Source of the DNA: a virus
Virus record (IMG/VR): IMGVR_UViG_3300033145_000777
Coordinates: 17,183-81,182 of that record
Reading direction: 5' to 3' (one strand)
DNA length: 64,000 nt
Part shown: piece by piece, positions 20,313-30,030 of the stretch
Numbering within the stretch: position 1 is the stretch's first letter
Layout: every line of letters starts with the position of its first letter
Program-made: the position numbers and the translations under genes
Notes under the pieces: model-generated
Databases searched by the model: none
Told to the model about the DNA's origin: nothing
The model's input: the letters and a program-made list of their open reading frames with translations, nothing else

Positions 20313-21629
20313 ATGAGTCTTGTAGCAGCAGAAATGTTAACCACGGGTACATGCCCTTTCAACTGTTCATATTGCTATATTCCTAAAACGGAGTATATGA
20401 AGGAAATACACGCCAAGCTAGTTGAGCATCTTCAAAACGGGAACTACATTGAGTTACTGAAAAAAGTCTATGGTGAAAACCTTACTCATTTAGGGCTCTG
20501 GGGTACAGAACCTACGCTCACAATACCACTGATTGCTGATCTTTTACCAGCACTGTTAAATGAGTTTCCTCTTCTGAAGGAGATAAAGTTTTCAACAGCT
20601 ATGATTTCAGACCCTTTGATTATAGCGAACTTTGCTAAAGCATTATCTAAAACAGGAGTTAAGATTAACCTCAGCGTTCAGATGTCTCTTGATGGTCCCT
20701 CATGGATTACTGATAAAAATAGGATGCGTGGAGCCGCTGCTCTTGTCCCTAAGAATCTATATGCTCTTGTTAGGATTCTGAATGATCATGACCTCAATGA
20801 AACAACAGTCGAGTTCCGATGGAAGGCAACTCATAGCATCGAAACAATCAAAATATTTGCTAATAGTAAAAAAAGGATTCACGAGTATCTTGGCTTCTTT
20901 GAGTCTATACGTCGCCGCTTCAACAAGATCAATAAAAACAAAAACATGAAACTTGTCTCAACCTCGGCTCCGACAACTCTCGTAGTACCAGGAAAATACA
21001 CCAGCACAGATGGTAAAATATTCGCAAAATACCTAAAGACCCTCCACAAAGCAGACTATGAATCCACTTATAGTAGTCGGCTGAATAAAATCTTCAAGTA
21101 TGGAAGGGATATAGACAAAAGGAGAATGTTTACATGTAGTGGTGGTGACTCCAATCTCGGCATAGCCCCAGGTCGGATACACATCTGTCACCGCACCTTC
21201 TACCTAGACGATGACAAATACATTCAATCAGTCTTAGCATCTGAAAGCTCAGTTGGCGACGTAGAAAATTGGGACATATCCCTTTTCCGTAAAGGTACAA
21301 TAGATTTTGTGAGGGACAACTACATTGTTCCCGTCTCTGACCTACCTCGGTTCCTATACGTGATGCGTGGCTATCATGATTTCTGGCGGCTACAACTTGG
21401 GCATGTAAGAGCTATGTTGATAGAGTTAGCACTCGCTGGTCAAGCAGATGAAGTATATATAGACGATGAGGAACTAGCCTCTCTGTTCTGTCTTTTTATG
21501 GAAACAGCCTTAACCTGTCCGATGGAGAACTTGTTAAATACCGGGTCTATCCACCTTCAAACTGTATCCTTGATAAGGCTGTTTGCAAACGGAGCTTTCC
21601 AAGAACTCCTAAAGGAGGCACAACGATGA
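20313..21629 (+). CDS. Radical SAM enzyme with partial SPASM/twitch-like tail
   Basis: CPFNCSYC, WGTEPTL, SLDGP, CSGG...ICHR. Confidence 0.9.
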   Translation: MSLVAAEMLTTGTCPFNCSYCYIPKTEYMKEIHAKLVEHLQNGNYIELLKKVYGENLTHLGLWGTEPTLTIPLIADLLPALLNEFPLLKEIKFSTAMISDPLIIANFAKALSKTGVKINLSVQMSLDGPSWITDKNRMRGAAALVPKNLYALVRILNDHDLNETTVEFRWKATHSIETIKIFANSKKRIHEYLGFFESIRRRFNKINKNKNMKLVSTSAPTTLVVPGKYTSTDGKIFAKYLKTLHKADYESTYSSRLNKIFKYGRDIDKRRMFTCSGGDSNLGIAPGRIHICHRTFYLDDDKYIQSVLASESSVGDVENWDISLFRKGTIDFVRDNYIVPVSDLPRFLYVMRGYHDFWRLQLGHVRAMLIELALAGQADEVYIDDEELASLFCLFMETALTCPMENLLNTGSIHLQTVSLIRLFANGAFQELLKEAQR

Positions 21630-22939
21630 GTTATCAACAAGAAAACGATACCCTAATCACCTCTCTATTTGAGCGAACATTCTTCGAGTCATGGAACGCG
21701 AACCCCCCGGAACTCTCAAACTTCCATAGGGTCGAGTTTATACTTAACTACAAATGCAACCTTGCTTGCAAATATTGCTATGTAACCCATTATGGGGATG
21801 AACTTTATCCTCCAGAACTCTATAAAGATGAAGCACAAGTGCTAAATAACCTAGAGATGGTGCTTGATTGGTTTATAGAAAACAATTATGCTCCAGAAAT
21901 AGAGGTATTCTCAGGAGAAGCACTCATTCAAGATATAGGCTATAAAGCCTTGAATATGATTCTTGATAAATTTGAAGGAAAGATCAAGACCCGTATTATC
22001 ATCCCGACAAACTACACCTTCATTCTTTCAAAAACGCTAACCAAACAAGTTGAGACGCTCTTAAACCGAGGTAAAAAAATAGGGATACCCATTTTTCTGA
22101 GTGCTTCATTTGATGGAAAATATTGCGAGGCTAATCGTCCCTTCCAGCCTGGAGTTAAAGACTTGCGTGATGATGATTATTATGATAAGTGCTTTGCCTT
22201 CATTAAGAAATGGGGCTTCGGGTTCCACCCAATGATTTACTCTGAAAAAATTAGAAACTGGAAGGATAATTTCCTTTGGTTCCAAGAGATGCTTAAAAAA
22301 CATAACATCCCTTGGTATAGGATATACCTCTTATCCGTCCGTAATGCTGAGTGGAGTATTCAACAAACCCGTGATTTTCACGATTTTATTGAGTTTCTAA
22401 TAAAATGGGTCTATGATAATCCATGCAACAAAGACCCTAAGAAATACCTAGATTTTCTATTCAAAAAGCGTGGATTCAATATCCTCAATGGTCCTCTTTC
22501 TACTGTAGGCAGAGGAATTGGGTGTTCCCTTCAGTCACAGTTATTTTTACGGCTGGGTGACTTAGCTATTGTTCCATGTCATAGAACTAGCTACGAGCAC
22601 TTGATCTTAGGACACCTAAAAGTGGAGGACAACAAAATCGCAGGGATCTCCGCAAAGAACCCAGAGTTAGCAGTAACCAAACACTCGTTTAGTGCAAAAA
22701 TGTTTCCTTATTGTGAGACCTGTCTTATCCGTGAACTTTGCAGCTTCGGGTGCTTGGGAGCGCAGATTGAGACAACAGGTGATTTATTCACGCCCATTCC
22801 CACCGTTTGTCGTCAGCAACACGCTAAAATAAGGAGCATGATTAAAACCTATCAGGAACTTAATATGCTTGATTTAATTCTCAGTAATCTTAGCACTGAG
22901 AAAGTGTACGCAATCAAAAAATTGGTTGAAATAATATGA
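21626..22939 (+). CDS. Radical SAM/SPASM enzyme
   Basis: CNLACKYC, FSGEAL, SFDG, GIGC...PCHR...CETC.....CSFGC...C. Confidence 0.9.
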   Translation: MSYQQENDTLITSLFERTFFESWNANPPELSNFHRVEFILNYKCNLACKYCYVTHYGDELYPPELYKDEAQVLNNLEMVLDWFIENNYAPEIEVFSGEALIQDIGYKALNMILDKFEGKIKTRIIIPTNYTFILSKTLTKQVETLLNRGKKIGIPIFLSASFDGKYCEANRPFQPGVKDLRDDDYYDKCFAFIKKWGFGFHPMIYSEKIRNWKDNFLWFQEMLKKHNIPWYRIYLLSVRNAEWSIQQTRDFHDFIEFLIKWVYDNPCNKDPKKYLDFLFKKRGFNILNGPLSTVGRGIGCSLQSQLFLRLGDLAIVPCHRTSYEHLILGHLKVEDNKIAGISAKNPELAVTKHSFSAKMFPYCETCLIRELCSFGCLGAQIETTGDLFTPIPTVCRQQHAKIRSMIKTYQELNMLDLILSNLSTEKVYAIKKLVEII

Positions 22940-23496
22940 GTGAACAGAAAAACCCACAAGAGATGTTTGATGAAAAGATAGAGACAATCGAAAAGATCAT
23001 GGAACATAAAACAGATTTCACACAAACCTACGGTAATAAAGGAAGTGACATGATCATAGCCGCTTTCGACATTATGCGCGTCCAGTTTAGTGCTGCCATT
23101 CAACTGGAAACCTTGGAAGAGTCAGCCAAACTCGCAGTACAAGAGAAAACAGAGGTAGTTGAAAAAGCGTTAAAACTAATGCTCGACGTAGCCCTCTACA
23201 GGCCGATAACCAAAATAGTTCGTCACCTATCCCTTGAAGTCACAGAGTTTGCCAAAAACTGGAATGATCAAGTCCCTCAATGTCCAAATATAGCACAAAA
23301 GATCGCGGTTCTATCACGCATCGTGTCATCCCAGAAAACTATGGATGATACTATCCAGATCACAAAGAAGTTGCTGGAGAAGCTACAACGAGAAATGAGC
23401 AGACGCCCGGTAGCCTATGAGCTTTCTAAGCACTACCTTGAAAGCACAGACTTTTCAATCAAGAGACGAAATGAAAAACAAAAGGAGGTGAAGTGA
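22936..23496 (+). CDS. Helical protein coupled to the radical SAM genes
   Basis: ATGA overlap with upstream gene; all-alpha composition. Confidence 0.65.
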   Translation: MSEQKNPQEMFDEKIETIEKIMEHKTDFTQTYGNKGSDMIIAAFDIMRVQFSAAIQLETLEESAKLAVQEKTEVVEKALKLMLDVALYRPITKIVRHLSLEVTEFAKNWNDQVPQCPNIAQKIAVLSRIVSSQKTMDDTIQITKKLLEKLQREMSRRPVAYELSKHYLESTDFSIKRRNEKQKEVK

Positions 23497-23726
23497 TGAA
23501 AGTACACATTGATCGGATTCGTTTGCTTGAAGACTTCGTACACGTAAAATATTCGTTAAACGAAAGCACTGTTGTTGGCTCTGTAAGAATACCTGCCGCA
23601 GGGTTTCAGGAAGAGTGGATTCCAGCAGCGATTAAGCGAGACCTTCTGCTAAAAGAAGAAGAACGTGGGATCATAGAAGACCTAGTTCAGACGCTCGAAG
23701 GTCAGGAAATAGACATCCCCGAGTAG
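23493..23726 (+). CDS. Hypothetical protein, last gene of tail/rSAM operon
   Basis: GGAGGTG RBS; overlap with upstream stop. Confidence 0.6.
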   Translation: MMKVHIDRIRLLEDFVHVKYSLNESTVVGSVRIPAAGFQEEWIPAAIKRDLLLKEEERGIIEDLVQTLEGQEIDIPE

Positions 23727-23742
23727 TGGATTAAAGAACAAC

Positions 23743-23796
23743 TTTAGTCCATAAACTTTATATAAGTATTTGGGAAAGAAAGTACGACTCAAAATG
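23743..23796 (+). promoter_or_regulatory. Repeated promoter/start motif, copy 2 (type A)
   Basis: TTTAGTCCATAAACTTTATATAAG...CGACTCAAAATG. Confidence 0.75.
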
Positions 23797-24096
23797 CAAA
23801 AGAATAAAAACAGGATAGCAGAGCCTAAAGGATTTATAAAACAGATAGAGTTCACGGCAATTCTTATCGGAGTAGTACTCCTACTAGGAAGCTACCTCGT
23901 TCTTCTGTACACCTTCATGAGTGCATGGTTTAGCCCAATAAAAACTGTGGTCGTTCACATTAACCAGCTGGGAGAAGCACTACCGGAGCTTATATTCCTA
24001 ACACTGACCTTTCCATGTGTATGTTATTTACTCGCTCGACTTAAATGGAGTAATAAAACCAAACGTATATGGATTGACGTTAAACCATCAGAATAG
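23794..24096 (+). CDS. Small membrane protein
   Basis: Two hydrophobic segments; start set at the motif ATG. Confidence 0.6.
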   Translation: MQKNKNRIAEPKGFIKQIEFTAILIGVVLLLGSYLVLLYTFMSAWFSPIKTVVVHINQLGEALPELIFLTLTFPCVCYLLARLKWSNKTKRIWIDVKPSE

Positions 24097-24159
24097 AGTA
24101 ATATAAAAAATAGCCAACCCTCTCTAGTACAGTAGTAACGAAAGCATTATTAACCCATA

Positions 24160-24174
24160 TTATAACCGTTATAA
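24160..24174. promoter_or_regulatory. Palindromic candidate operator
   Basis: TTATAAC-C-GTTATAA just upstream of RHH-like gene. Confidence 0.5.
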
Positions 24175-24182
24175 GGATTAAA

Positions 24183-24359
24183 ATGTCGGAAGATAAAGCG
24201 TTGATTCAAGTCTCCGTTGAACTCCGTGATACCCTGAAATCACAAAGAAGGATAAAGCCCGATGGTGAACTTGAAACCATCGAGGAAGTCCTTCACAGGA
24301 AAACTATGGAGAAAGGGCTAGACTTGAGAGGCAGGAAGATAGGTCACGATGAGAGGTAA
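24183..24359 (+). CDS. Ribbon-helix-helix-like protein (58 aa, below ORF-track cutoff)
   Basis: ALIQVSVELRDTLKSQRRIKPDGELETIEEVL. Confidence 0.6.
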   Translation: MSEDKALIQVSVELRDTLKSQRRIKPDGELETIEEVLHRKTMEKGLDLRGRKIGHDER

Positions 24360-24720
24360 GAACGAGGATTCAGCCATAGAACAATTTGAAGCAGAGGGAT
24401 ATGACGTTATCAAGGTAGGGATTCCAGACCTCATTCTACTCAAAGAAGGCAAAATCAGATTTATAGAAATCAAGACAACTGGTAAGCTGAAACGCGATCA
24501 GAAAAGAACCCATGAACTTTTCAGAAAACACAATATTTCTGTCGAGGTATTTCGCTTAGGAGAACAACCAAGTACAAATATTAGAATCTCCGTTGAGCTT
24601 CGTGATACCCTGAAATCACAGAGAAGGATAAAGCCCGATGGTGAACTTGAAACCATCGAGGAAGTCTTACTAAGACTTACCCGTGAGGCTGACATTGATC
24701 TAAAGGAGAGGATAGAGTAA
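24349..24720 (+). CDS. VRR-NUC-like PD-(D/E)XK nuclease fused to duplicated RHH-like domain
   Basis: GIPDLILLKEGKIRFIEIK; C-terminus repeats the upstream gene. Confidence 0.7.
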   Translation: MRGKNEDSAIEQFEAEGYDVIKVGIPDLILLKEGKIRFIEIKTTGKLKRDQKRTHELFRKHNISVEVFRLGEQPSTNIRISVELRDTLKSQRRIKPDGELETIEEVLLRLTREADIDLKERIE

Positions 24721-24722
24721 CC

Positions 24723-25136
24723 TTGACGGTGATAACGTTATCATGGAAACCTGAAACAACCTTTCCTGAGCTTGCTGAGGGCTTGATCAATGAGTTTGAG
24801 AGACAAGCACTCACAAAGGAGGACATATTGTTTGCTTTCATGGCAATTAGATCAGCAGCATCTCGGATAGGATTGGACGTTGCGGGTGACGAAGAAGAGC
24901 CTCCTACGCCAGCAAGACCAGAAGACGCTCCACCACTACCTCATGGAGACGCAAGCACAGTGTTGCTGAAAGCAGCTGAGATAACCATGTCTGCTGTTGG
25001 GATTGTGCAGAACCAGACTGATTGGTTACATGAGAGACAGGAAATTACATCTCAAGCAATCGAGGCGATCAACGCTGACTTAGATTTAATAGCTAACGCA
25101 GTGGTTCAACTTGGAGGTGCTCTCCCTGCAAGATAG
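24723..25136 (+). CDS. Hypothetical protein
   Basis: 137 aa ORF in coupled cluster. Confidence 0.5.
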   Translation: MTVITLSWKPETTFPELAEGLINEFERQALTKEDILFAFMAIRSAASRIGLDVAGDEEEPPTPARPEDAPPLPHGDASTVLLKAAEITMSAVGIVQNQTDWLHERQEITSQAIEAINADLDLIANAVVQLGGALPAR

Positions 25137-26139
25137 AAATAGAATTAAGGTTCTAAGTATGAACCTATTGAAAGTTTCGGCAGGTGTTGAACCAGACTCT
25201 AGGCTTGTCGCCCTGTTCAAGAACAACCCAAACACAGAATCGGAAGTCAAGGTAAACATCGGTGACTGCGGCGAGCTTACCGTTGTTCACGGTGGGAACA
25301 TCGTGGCTTCAGCTAAGAAAGCTGGAGTGAAAGAGATGTGGGTTGATGTAGAGTTACGGTCAGAGGGTTGGGTTGACTTCAAAATGCTAGTTGGTAAGGC
25401 ATACGATGGAACTGAGCTTGACCAGGAACTTCTACACCCAGACTTCGCTCAATGGCATGTAACTAGGTCAACAGGAAAGAGGCTAAGGGAACTCCTACAG
25501 GACCTTGGTGACATCAACGGGAAAACTATCTTAGTGCAAAACTGTGGAATCGGTTTCTTCTGCCATGAACTCGTGAAACGAGGAGCAACAGTAATCGGCT
25601 TAGACCCGTCTCTACATAAAATCAATGCAGCTAAACACCTCTCCAAGGTCTACGAAATGCCGAAAGACAACCCCACCTTCAAACACGGTAGCCTGTTGAC
25701 TCATGGAACTGAGGACAAGTATTACGCTATTTTCTGGCAAGGTGGATACTGGACTACGTTGTTATCTAAAATAGATAACAGGCTTTTCCCCAACCAGTAC
25801 ATAGCTTTGGATTTGCTTGGAAACTACACAAACAGGCTATACGTTGAGCTAGAGCCAGGGGTACTAAGCAGGGAGATGAGCGACCCCTCGTTACCAGTTA
25901 GGACTTCTAAATGGGAGTCTTGGAAGGTAATATCCATCGCTGATTGGCCGCTTCTCAGGTACTTGAAGAGGGCTGAGGTATCAGCATGGGTGCGTCTTCT
26001 CGAAATTCTACGGCTGAGAAAGCGTGAAGACCTTGATCTAGTTAAGGCTGAGACCTGTTCAAAGTGTGGTAAACCAATGAGGTTCAATCCTTGCGGCGGG
26101 TTTTGGTGGTGCGTCTGTCAACAGGAGAGATCACAATGA
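25111..26139 (+). CDS. Class I SAM-dependent methyltransferase-like protein with C-terminal Zn ribbon
   Basis: GKTILVQNCGIGFF...GATVIGLD (degenerate motif I); CSKCG...CVC. Confidence 0.6.
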   Translation: MEVLSLQDRNRIKVLSMNLLKVSAGVEPDSRLVALFKNNPNTESEVKVNIGDCGELTVVHGGNIVASAKKAGVKEMWVDVELRSEGWVDFKMLVGKAYDGTELDQELLHPDFAQWHVTRSTGKRLRELLQDLGDINGKTILVQNCGIGFFCHELVKRGATVIGLDPSLHKINAAKHLSKVYEMPKDNPTFKHGSLLTHGTEDKYYAIFWQGGYWTTLLSKIDNRLFPNQYIALDLLGNYTNRLYVELEPGVLSREMSDPSLPVRTSKWESWKVISIADWPLLRYLKRAEVSAWVRLLEILRLRKREDLDLVKAETCSKCGKPMRFNPCGGFWWCVCQQERSQ

Positions 26140-26519
26140 AAACTCTAGACGACATTAGAGCGAGGATGACGAAGCAAGAGAAGGATGCCGGAGATAGTAT
26201 TATGTGGCAAGCTAGTGGTCATCATCCCCTTTGTATCTACCTTGTAGAGTCCTACACAAAAGGACACGAGGATCAAGTAGACGAACTCACAGAAGAGAAC
26301 GTTATCAAAGAGATGGCGGGCTACATGCCATTCGCGGTTGGTAAAGCAGAAGATGAACGAGGTATCAGTGCAAGTCGTAGCATTTGGAAATACGAACAAT
26401 GGCTATGGGTTCTGGAGGACCCACTCGCTGATGAGATTGGTGACTTCGATGACTACGGCATGACCCATCTTCTAACCATTGCTGAGAAGTACAAACTATC
26501 AACCAAGGATGACCCATGA
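26136..26519 (+). CDS. Hypothetical protein
   Basis: ATGA overlap; AGGAG RBS. Confidence 0.55.
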   Translation: MKTLDDIRARMTKQEKDAGDSIMWQASGHHPLCIYLVESYTKGHEDQVDELTEENVIKEMAGYMPFAVGKAEDERGISASRSIWKYEQWLWVLEDPLADEIGDFDDYGMTHLLTIAEKYKLSTKDDP

Positions 26520-27073
26520 TGACTGAGATGATTGTTTGCCCATCCAAACTTGGGAACAAGACACGAGAAGAATGTAATGGGTGTCAATGGTGTAGTCTGG
26601 GGGATTGTCCTCCAGGGGCGTACTTTGTAAGGAACGAGGAGGGAGACAGGAAGCTCTTTGAGGATTATCTGTATGATCCCACGAGTATCGCTGATGAAAA
26701 TGGACGCTGGAAGGTTGTGTTCAATGTTAGTGAAATCACTCTAGAGGAGCTGAAGGCGAAACTGGAAGGTATGTTCGGGTTGACTACCTGTAGTCGAGAA
26801 GGACTCTGGATATATGACCTTGATAAACAAGAAGAAGAGACACAGCCAAATTATGACGGGGTGAGTGCTTTTGTTGGGATTCGACGGATGGTTGAAGAAA
26901 GGTTTTCCGAACATGAGATCACAGGAGAAGGAGATTCCAAAGATTGGAAACTATACGCAGACGGCGATCTAGTGGCACATGGTTCAAGAGAGTCTGCGGC
27001 TTTCAGCTGGACACTGATAGCAAAAGAGGTCAAGCAGATATACGATCTCATTAAGGACAAGGAGGTATCCTGA
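26516..27073 (+). CDS. Hypothetical protein with Cys-rich N-terminus
   Basis: Coupled ORF. Confidence 0.5.
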   Translation: MMTEMIVCPSKLGNKTREECNGCQWCSLGDCPPGAYFVRNEEGDRKLFEDYLYDPTSIADENGRWKVVFNVSEITLEELKAKLEGMFGLTTCSREGLWIYDLDKQEEETQPNYDGVSAFVGIRRMVEERFSEHEITGEGDSKDWKLYADGDLVAHGSRESAAFSWTLIAKEVKQIYDLIKDKEVS

Positions 27074-27858
27074 TGGCAAAAAAGCTCCAGTTGAGGAAAG
27101 CTAAAGGCAGGATGTTCACCACGCCTGACTGGACTTGTACTTTCTGGCAAGGTTGTTCACACCACTGCATCTATTGCTGTTCTATGTTGATGGGTATCGG
27201 TCATAAATTCAGGATGATGGTGGACTTTAGCACCCTCAAGGACTTAGAGGTACGGGACTGTATAATCTACGTGAACAGTGCTCATGACACCTTCAGCAGG
27301 AAGCAGCTGGGAACTGAGAACGTTAACAAAATTCAGCAAGGCACAGATGTTCCCGTTGAGTGGATAAGGGACATGTTCGAATACATTACTAGGCAGGACC
27401 CTAGCATAACTTGGATGTTTGTCACAAAGAACCCCGCCGGGTATCTTGGATGGCTAAAGGAGCTAACTGAATTGAAGGATCGGGTGATCTTGGGTGCAAC
27501 CATTGAAACAAACAGGTCTATGATCATGTACAGTCAAGCTATCAAGCCCCAGGTGAGGGCTTGGGTTCTGCACCACCTATCCCAGAAGCTTGGCTTCAAA
27601 ACCTTGGTAAGCATTGAGCCTATGTTCAAGTTTGACCTTGAACTGTTCTCATCATGGATTAGTAGAATCCATCCAATGGTTGTGGAAATTGGGTTAGATG
27701 GTTGGGAGCATAAGCACAAGAAAAGCTTACCTCAACCTGACTTGGATGACTATCGGCAACTGAAGGAAATGTTAGATAGTATTGGGATCAAGGTGATCGA
27801 GAAGCCTAGTATTGATGCGTGGTTCGTAAGTGAGGCATTAAATAAGGTAACTGGTTGA
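27073..27858 (+). CDS. Radical SAM-like protein (phage Gp37/Gp68, DUF5131-like)
   Basis: GCSHHCIYC, VTKNP, LGATIE, VSIEP. Confidence 0.75.
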   Translation: MAKKLQLRKAKGRMFTTPDWTCTFWQGCSHHCIYCCSMLMGIGHKFRMMVDFSTLKDLEVRDCIIYVNSAHDTFSRKQLGTENVNKIQQGTDVPVEWIRDMFEYITRQDPSITWMFVTKNPAGYLGWLKELTELKDRVILGATIETNRSMIMYSQAIKPQVRAWVLHHLSQKLGFKTLVSIEPMFKFDLELFSSWISRIHPMVVEIGLDGWEHKHKKSLPQPDLDDYRQLKEMLDSIGIKVIEKPSIDAWFVSEALNKVTG

Positions 27859-27865
27859 ATAGATA

Positions 27866-28075
27866 ATGCCTAGATCATTGAACCACAAAATCAACTGTAA
27901 GATTCAGAAGTACAGGCTACATAGAAACCCAGAGATGTACTGCAGGAGGTCTCCAACTGGTATCAGAAACACTGGTGTAAAGAAGTGCATCGGTTGTCCT
28001 ATGGCTACTGTTGACACTAAATATGGGACTACTCCATATTTTAGCATAAAACAGTTGAAGGGTCTTAAGACCTGA
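27866..28075 (+). CDS. Small Cys-rich hypothetical protein
   Basis: 69 aa ORF. Confidence 0.4.
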   Translation: MPRSLNHKINCKIQKYRLHRNPEMYCRRSPTGIRNTGVKKCIGCPMATVDTKYGTTPYFSIKQLKGLKT

Positions 28076-28079
28076 ATAT

Positions 28080-28132
28080 TTCATCCATAAAATTTTTATA
28101 AGCCTAAAGGTTAGATGTATTGACCCAAAATG
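28080..28132 (+). promoter_or_regulatory. Repeated promoter/start motif, copy 3
   Basis: TTCATCCATAAAATTTTTATAAG...TTGACCCAAAATG. Confidence 0.7.
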
Positions 28133-28294
28133 GAACCCCAAGTAACAGCAACCTGTGAGGCTATAGACTGTCATAAGAATACAGACGGAAAATGTACAAC
28201 CACGCCTCACATTAACGCTAAAGGAATCTGCGTCTCCTTGCTGACAAGCATGGGATCCATTCGAGAAGCCTTCCCAGAAATGGATTTGTCTTAA
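28130..28294 (+). CDS. Small Cys-rich protein (54 aa, below ORF-track cutoff)
   Basis: Starts at motif ATG; MEPQVTATCEAIDCHKNTDGKC. Confidence 0.55.
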   Translation: MEPQVTATCEAIDCHKNTDGKCTTTPHINAKGICVSLLTSMGSIREAFPEMDLS

Positions 28295-28551
28295 AATGTG
28301 TTCGCAAAAATCATTAGATAAAGTGAAGGCAGTTACTGAGATTCATTACAAAGCTAGAGGTAAAGATGGACGGATGATCCTGCTTGTCCATTCAGTAAGA
28401 AAGCAATGGGCTTCGAAGCTCTACGGGAGTGTACTTTAAGGACCTCAGTTTCTCAGGTTAAGGGGAAGCAGAGGTTGGCTCCAGCGCATTGTTTTCCACG
28501 AATATATATAACTGCATTCCATGATTGTCCTTATTACAAGGAGGGAAATAA

Positions 28552-28827
28552 ATGAGTGAATCTTGTTTAGTTCAGAAGGTTGATCTTTTAGGTGTAGCGT
28601 GGCCTGTTTGGGTTTGTAAGAACACTGGAGTAGAGTACGGGACTCCTGAATGTGCTAACGTTATGATTTTTGGTGAGTGTAATCCAAGGGAGCCTGAATA
28701 TTATCATCGTAGGATGAAACTGAAGTACCGGAAAACTCACCCTGATCAGGTTACTATGAATGGTAACAATCTACGTGAGATATTCTGGGGAAATTCACAA
28801 AAAAAAATCGAGGTTGAGCTGAAATGA
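28552..28827 (+). CDS. Hypothetical protein
   Basis: GGAGG RBS. Confidence 0.5.
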   Translation: MSESCLVQKVDLLGVAWPVWVCKNTGVEYGTPECANVMIFGECNPREPEYYHRRMKLKYRKTHPDQVTMNGNNLREIFWGNSQKKIEVELK

Positions 28828-28965
28828 GTAACTATGATAAGATGAAAGCCTTCGAGAAAGCCGCTGAGAGAGAAGGATTCAACACTGATCGGGTGTACGA
28901 TAAAGACGTTGGGATAGCTGTAGTCTTCAAGGCTCCTCACACCCATAAAAAGGAGATTAAATAGG

Positions 28966-29340
28966 ATGCCTCATGTGTATGAATGCGCGCGTTGTGGTGG
29001 CCTGATGTTGAACAAGGGAATGACTCTCCACCTCTCCCGCATCCACGGGATCACTGATGACGTCGCAGGGGTAGTTGATGATAGCCTCGACATCAAGATA
29101 GATCACCTAGACGTTCCCTTTGGCTCCGCTGGGTTAACCTATAAACTCGGTTCCGTTGTAGCTAAGTGGATGTTTGAGGTTGGAGGAGATCACTCGACAA
29201 AGTTTATCCGGGGTAACATTATCCTGTATCGGCTGTGGGTGAATGAACGGGTGAGGACGGTCAACAATAGACCAGGGGTTGATGTGAGGGCTCCAACATA
29301 CCTAGAGAACTACCTAAAAAATGAGGGGAAAATGGAATGA
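28966..29340 (+). CDS. C2H2 zinc-finger protein
   Basis: CARC...HLSRIH. Confidence 0.55.
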   Translation: MPHVYECARCGGLMLNKGMTLHLSRIHGITDDVAGVVDDSLDIKIDHLDVPFGSAGLTYKLGSVVAKWMFEVGGDHSTKFIRGNIILYRLWVNERVRTVNNRPGVDVRAPTYLENYLKNEGKME

Positions 29341-29717
29341 AACAAAAAATTAATCTCGGTCACATTGTTAAAGCTATAAATCGACCACTAATCATCATCC
29401 CGACTACTGACCCACATCCTCAACATGGTTGGCGTTCATGGGTAGAAATGGAAAATCCATCTGTGATTCATCTTGGAGACCCTAGTGATTTAGCCCATGA
29501 ATTAGTACATGTACTGCATTTTTCATTGGGTTGGGACTATGATAAAGCCTCAGAAATCATCGGAGTCTCATTTGAAGATGCACACAGAGCCTTTTTTGGA
29601 GAAAACGAGGAAATGGGTGAGGATGAAGAGGATTTCGCGGAAATGATGGCTCCCTATTTCGCAGAATCTATAATAAACGACCAAAACATGAGGGGAAAAT
29701 GGAACAATGACACTTGA
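29337..29717 (+). CDS. HExxH metallopeptidase-like protein
   Basis: LAHELVHVLH with distal EEDFA. Confidence 0.55.
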   Translation: MKQKINLGHIVKAINRPLIIIPTTDPHPQHGWRSWVEMENPSVIHLGDPSDLAHELVHVLHFSLGWDYDKASEIIGVSFEDAHRAFFGENEEMGEDEEDFAEMMAPYFAESIINDQNMRGKWNNDT

Positions 29718-30030
29718 ACAAGATTGGATAAGAGTAAAGGAAGCCTTTCTTAAACTAAGAAATGATAGTTGGGCTCCTAAGATGTTTCTTTTCGCAAGAA
29801 TAGAACACATGAGGAAGGCCAATAATAAGGGAATAGATTTCGCTATTAGAAGATTAAAGGCATCGGATGAATACAGGGGTAGAATAAAACTGTACGGTGG
29901 TCCATCAGGGTCTTATCCTCGTTATCCATTACGGTGTTATACTCCTTTAGTTAAAATGGAGCAAGTTTTTTCATTGATCGGTATTCCAGAACTTAATATC
30001 CGTAAAAATGGAGGTACTAAGGTAAAATGA
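29707..30030 (+). CDS. Hypothetical protein
   Basis: Coupled ORF. Confidence 0.5.
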   Translation: MTLEQDWIRVKEAFLKLRNDSWAPKMFLFARIEHMRKANNKGIDFAIRRLKASDEYRGRIKLYGGPSGSYPRYPLRCYTPLVKMEQVFSLIGIPELNIRKNGGTKVK

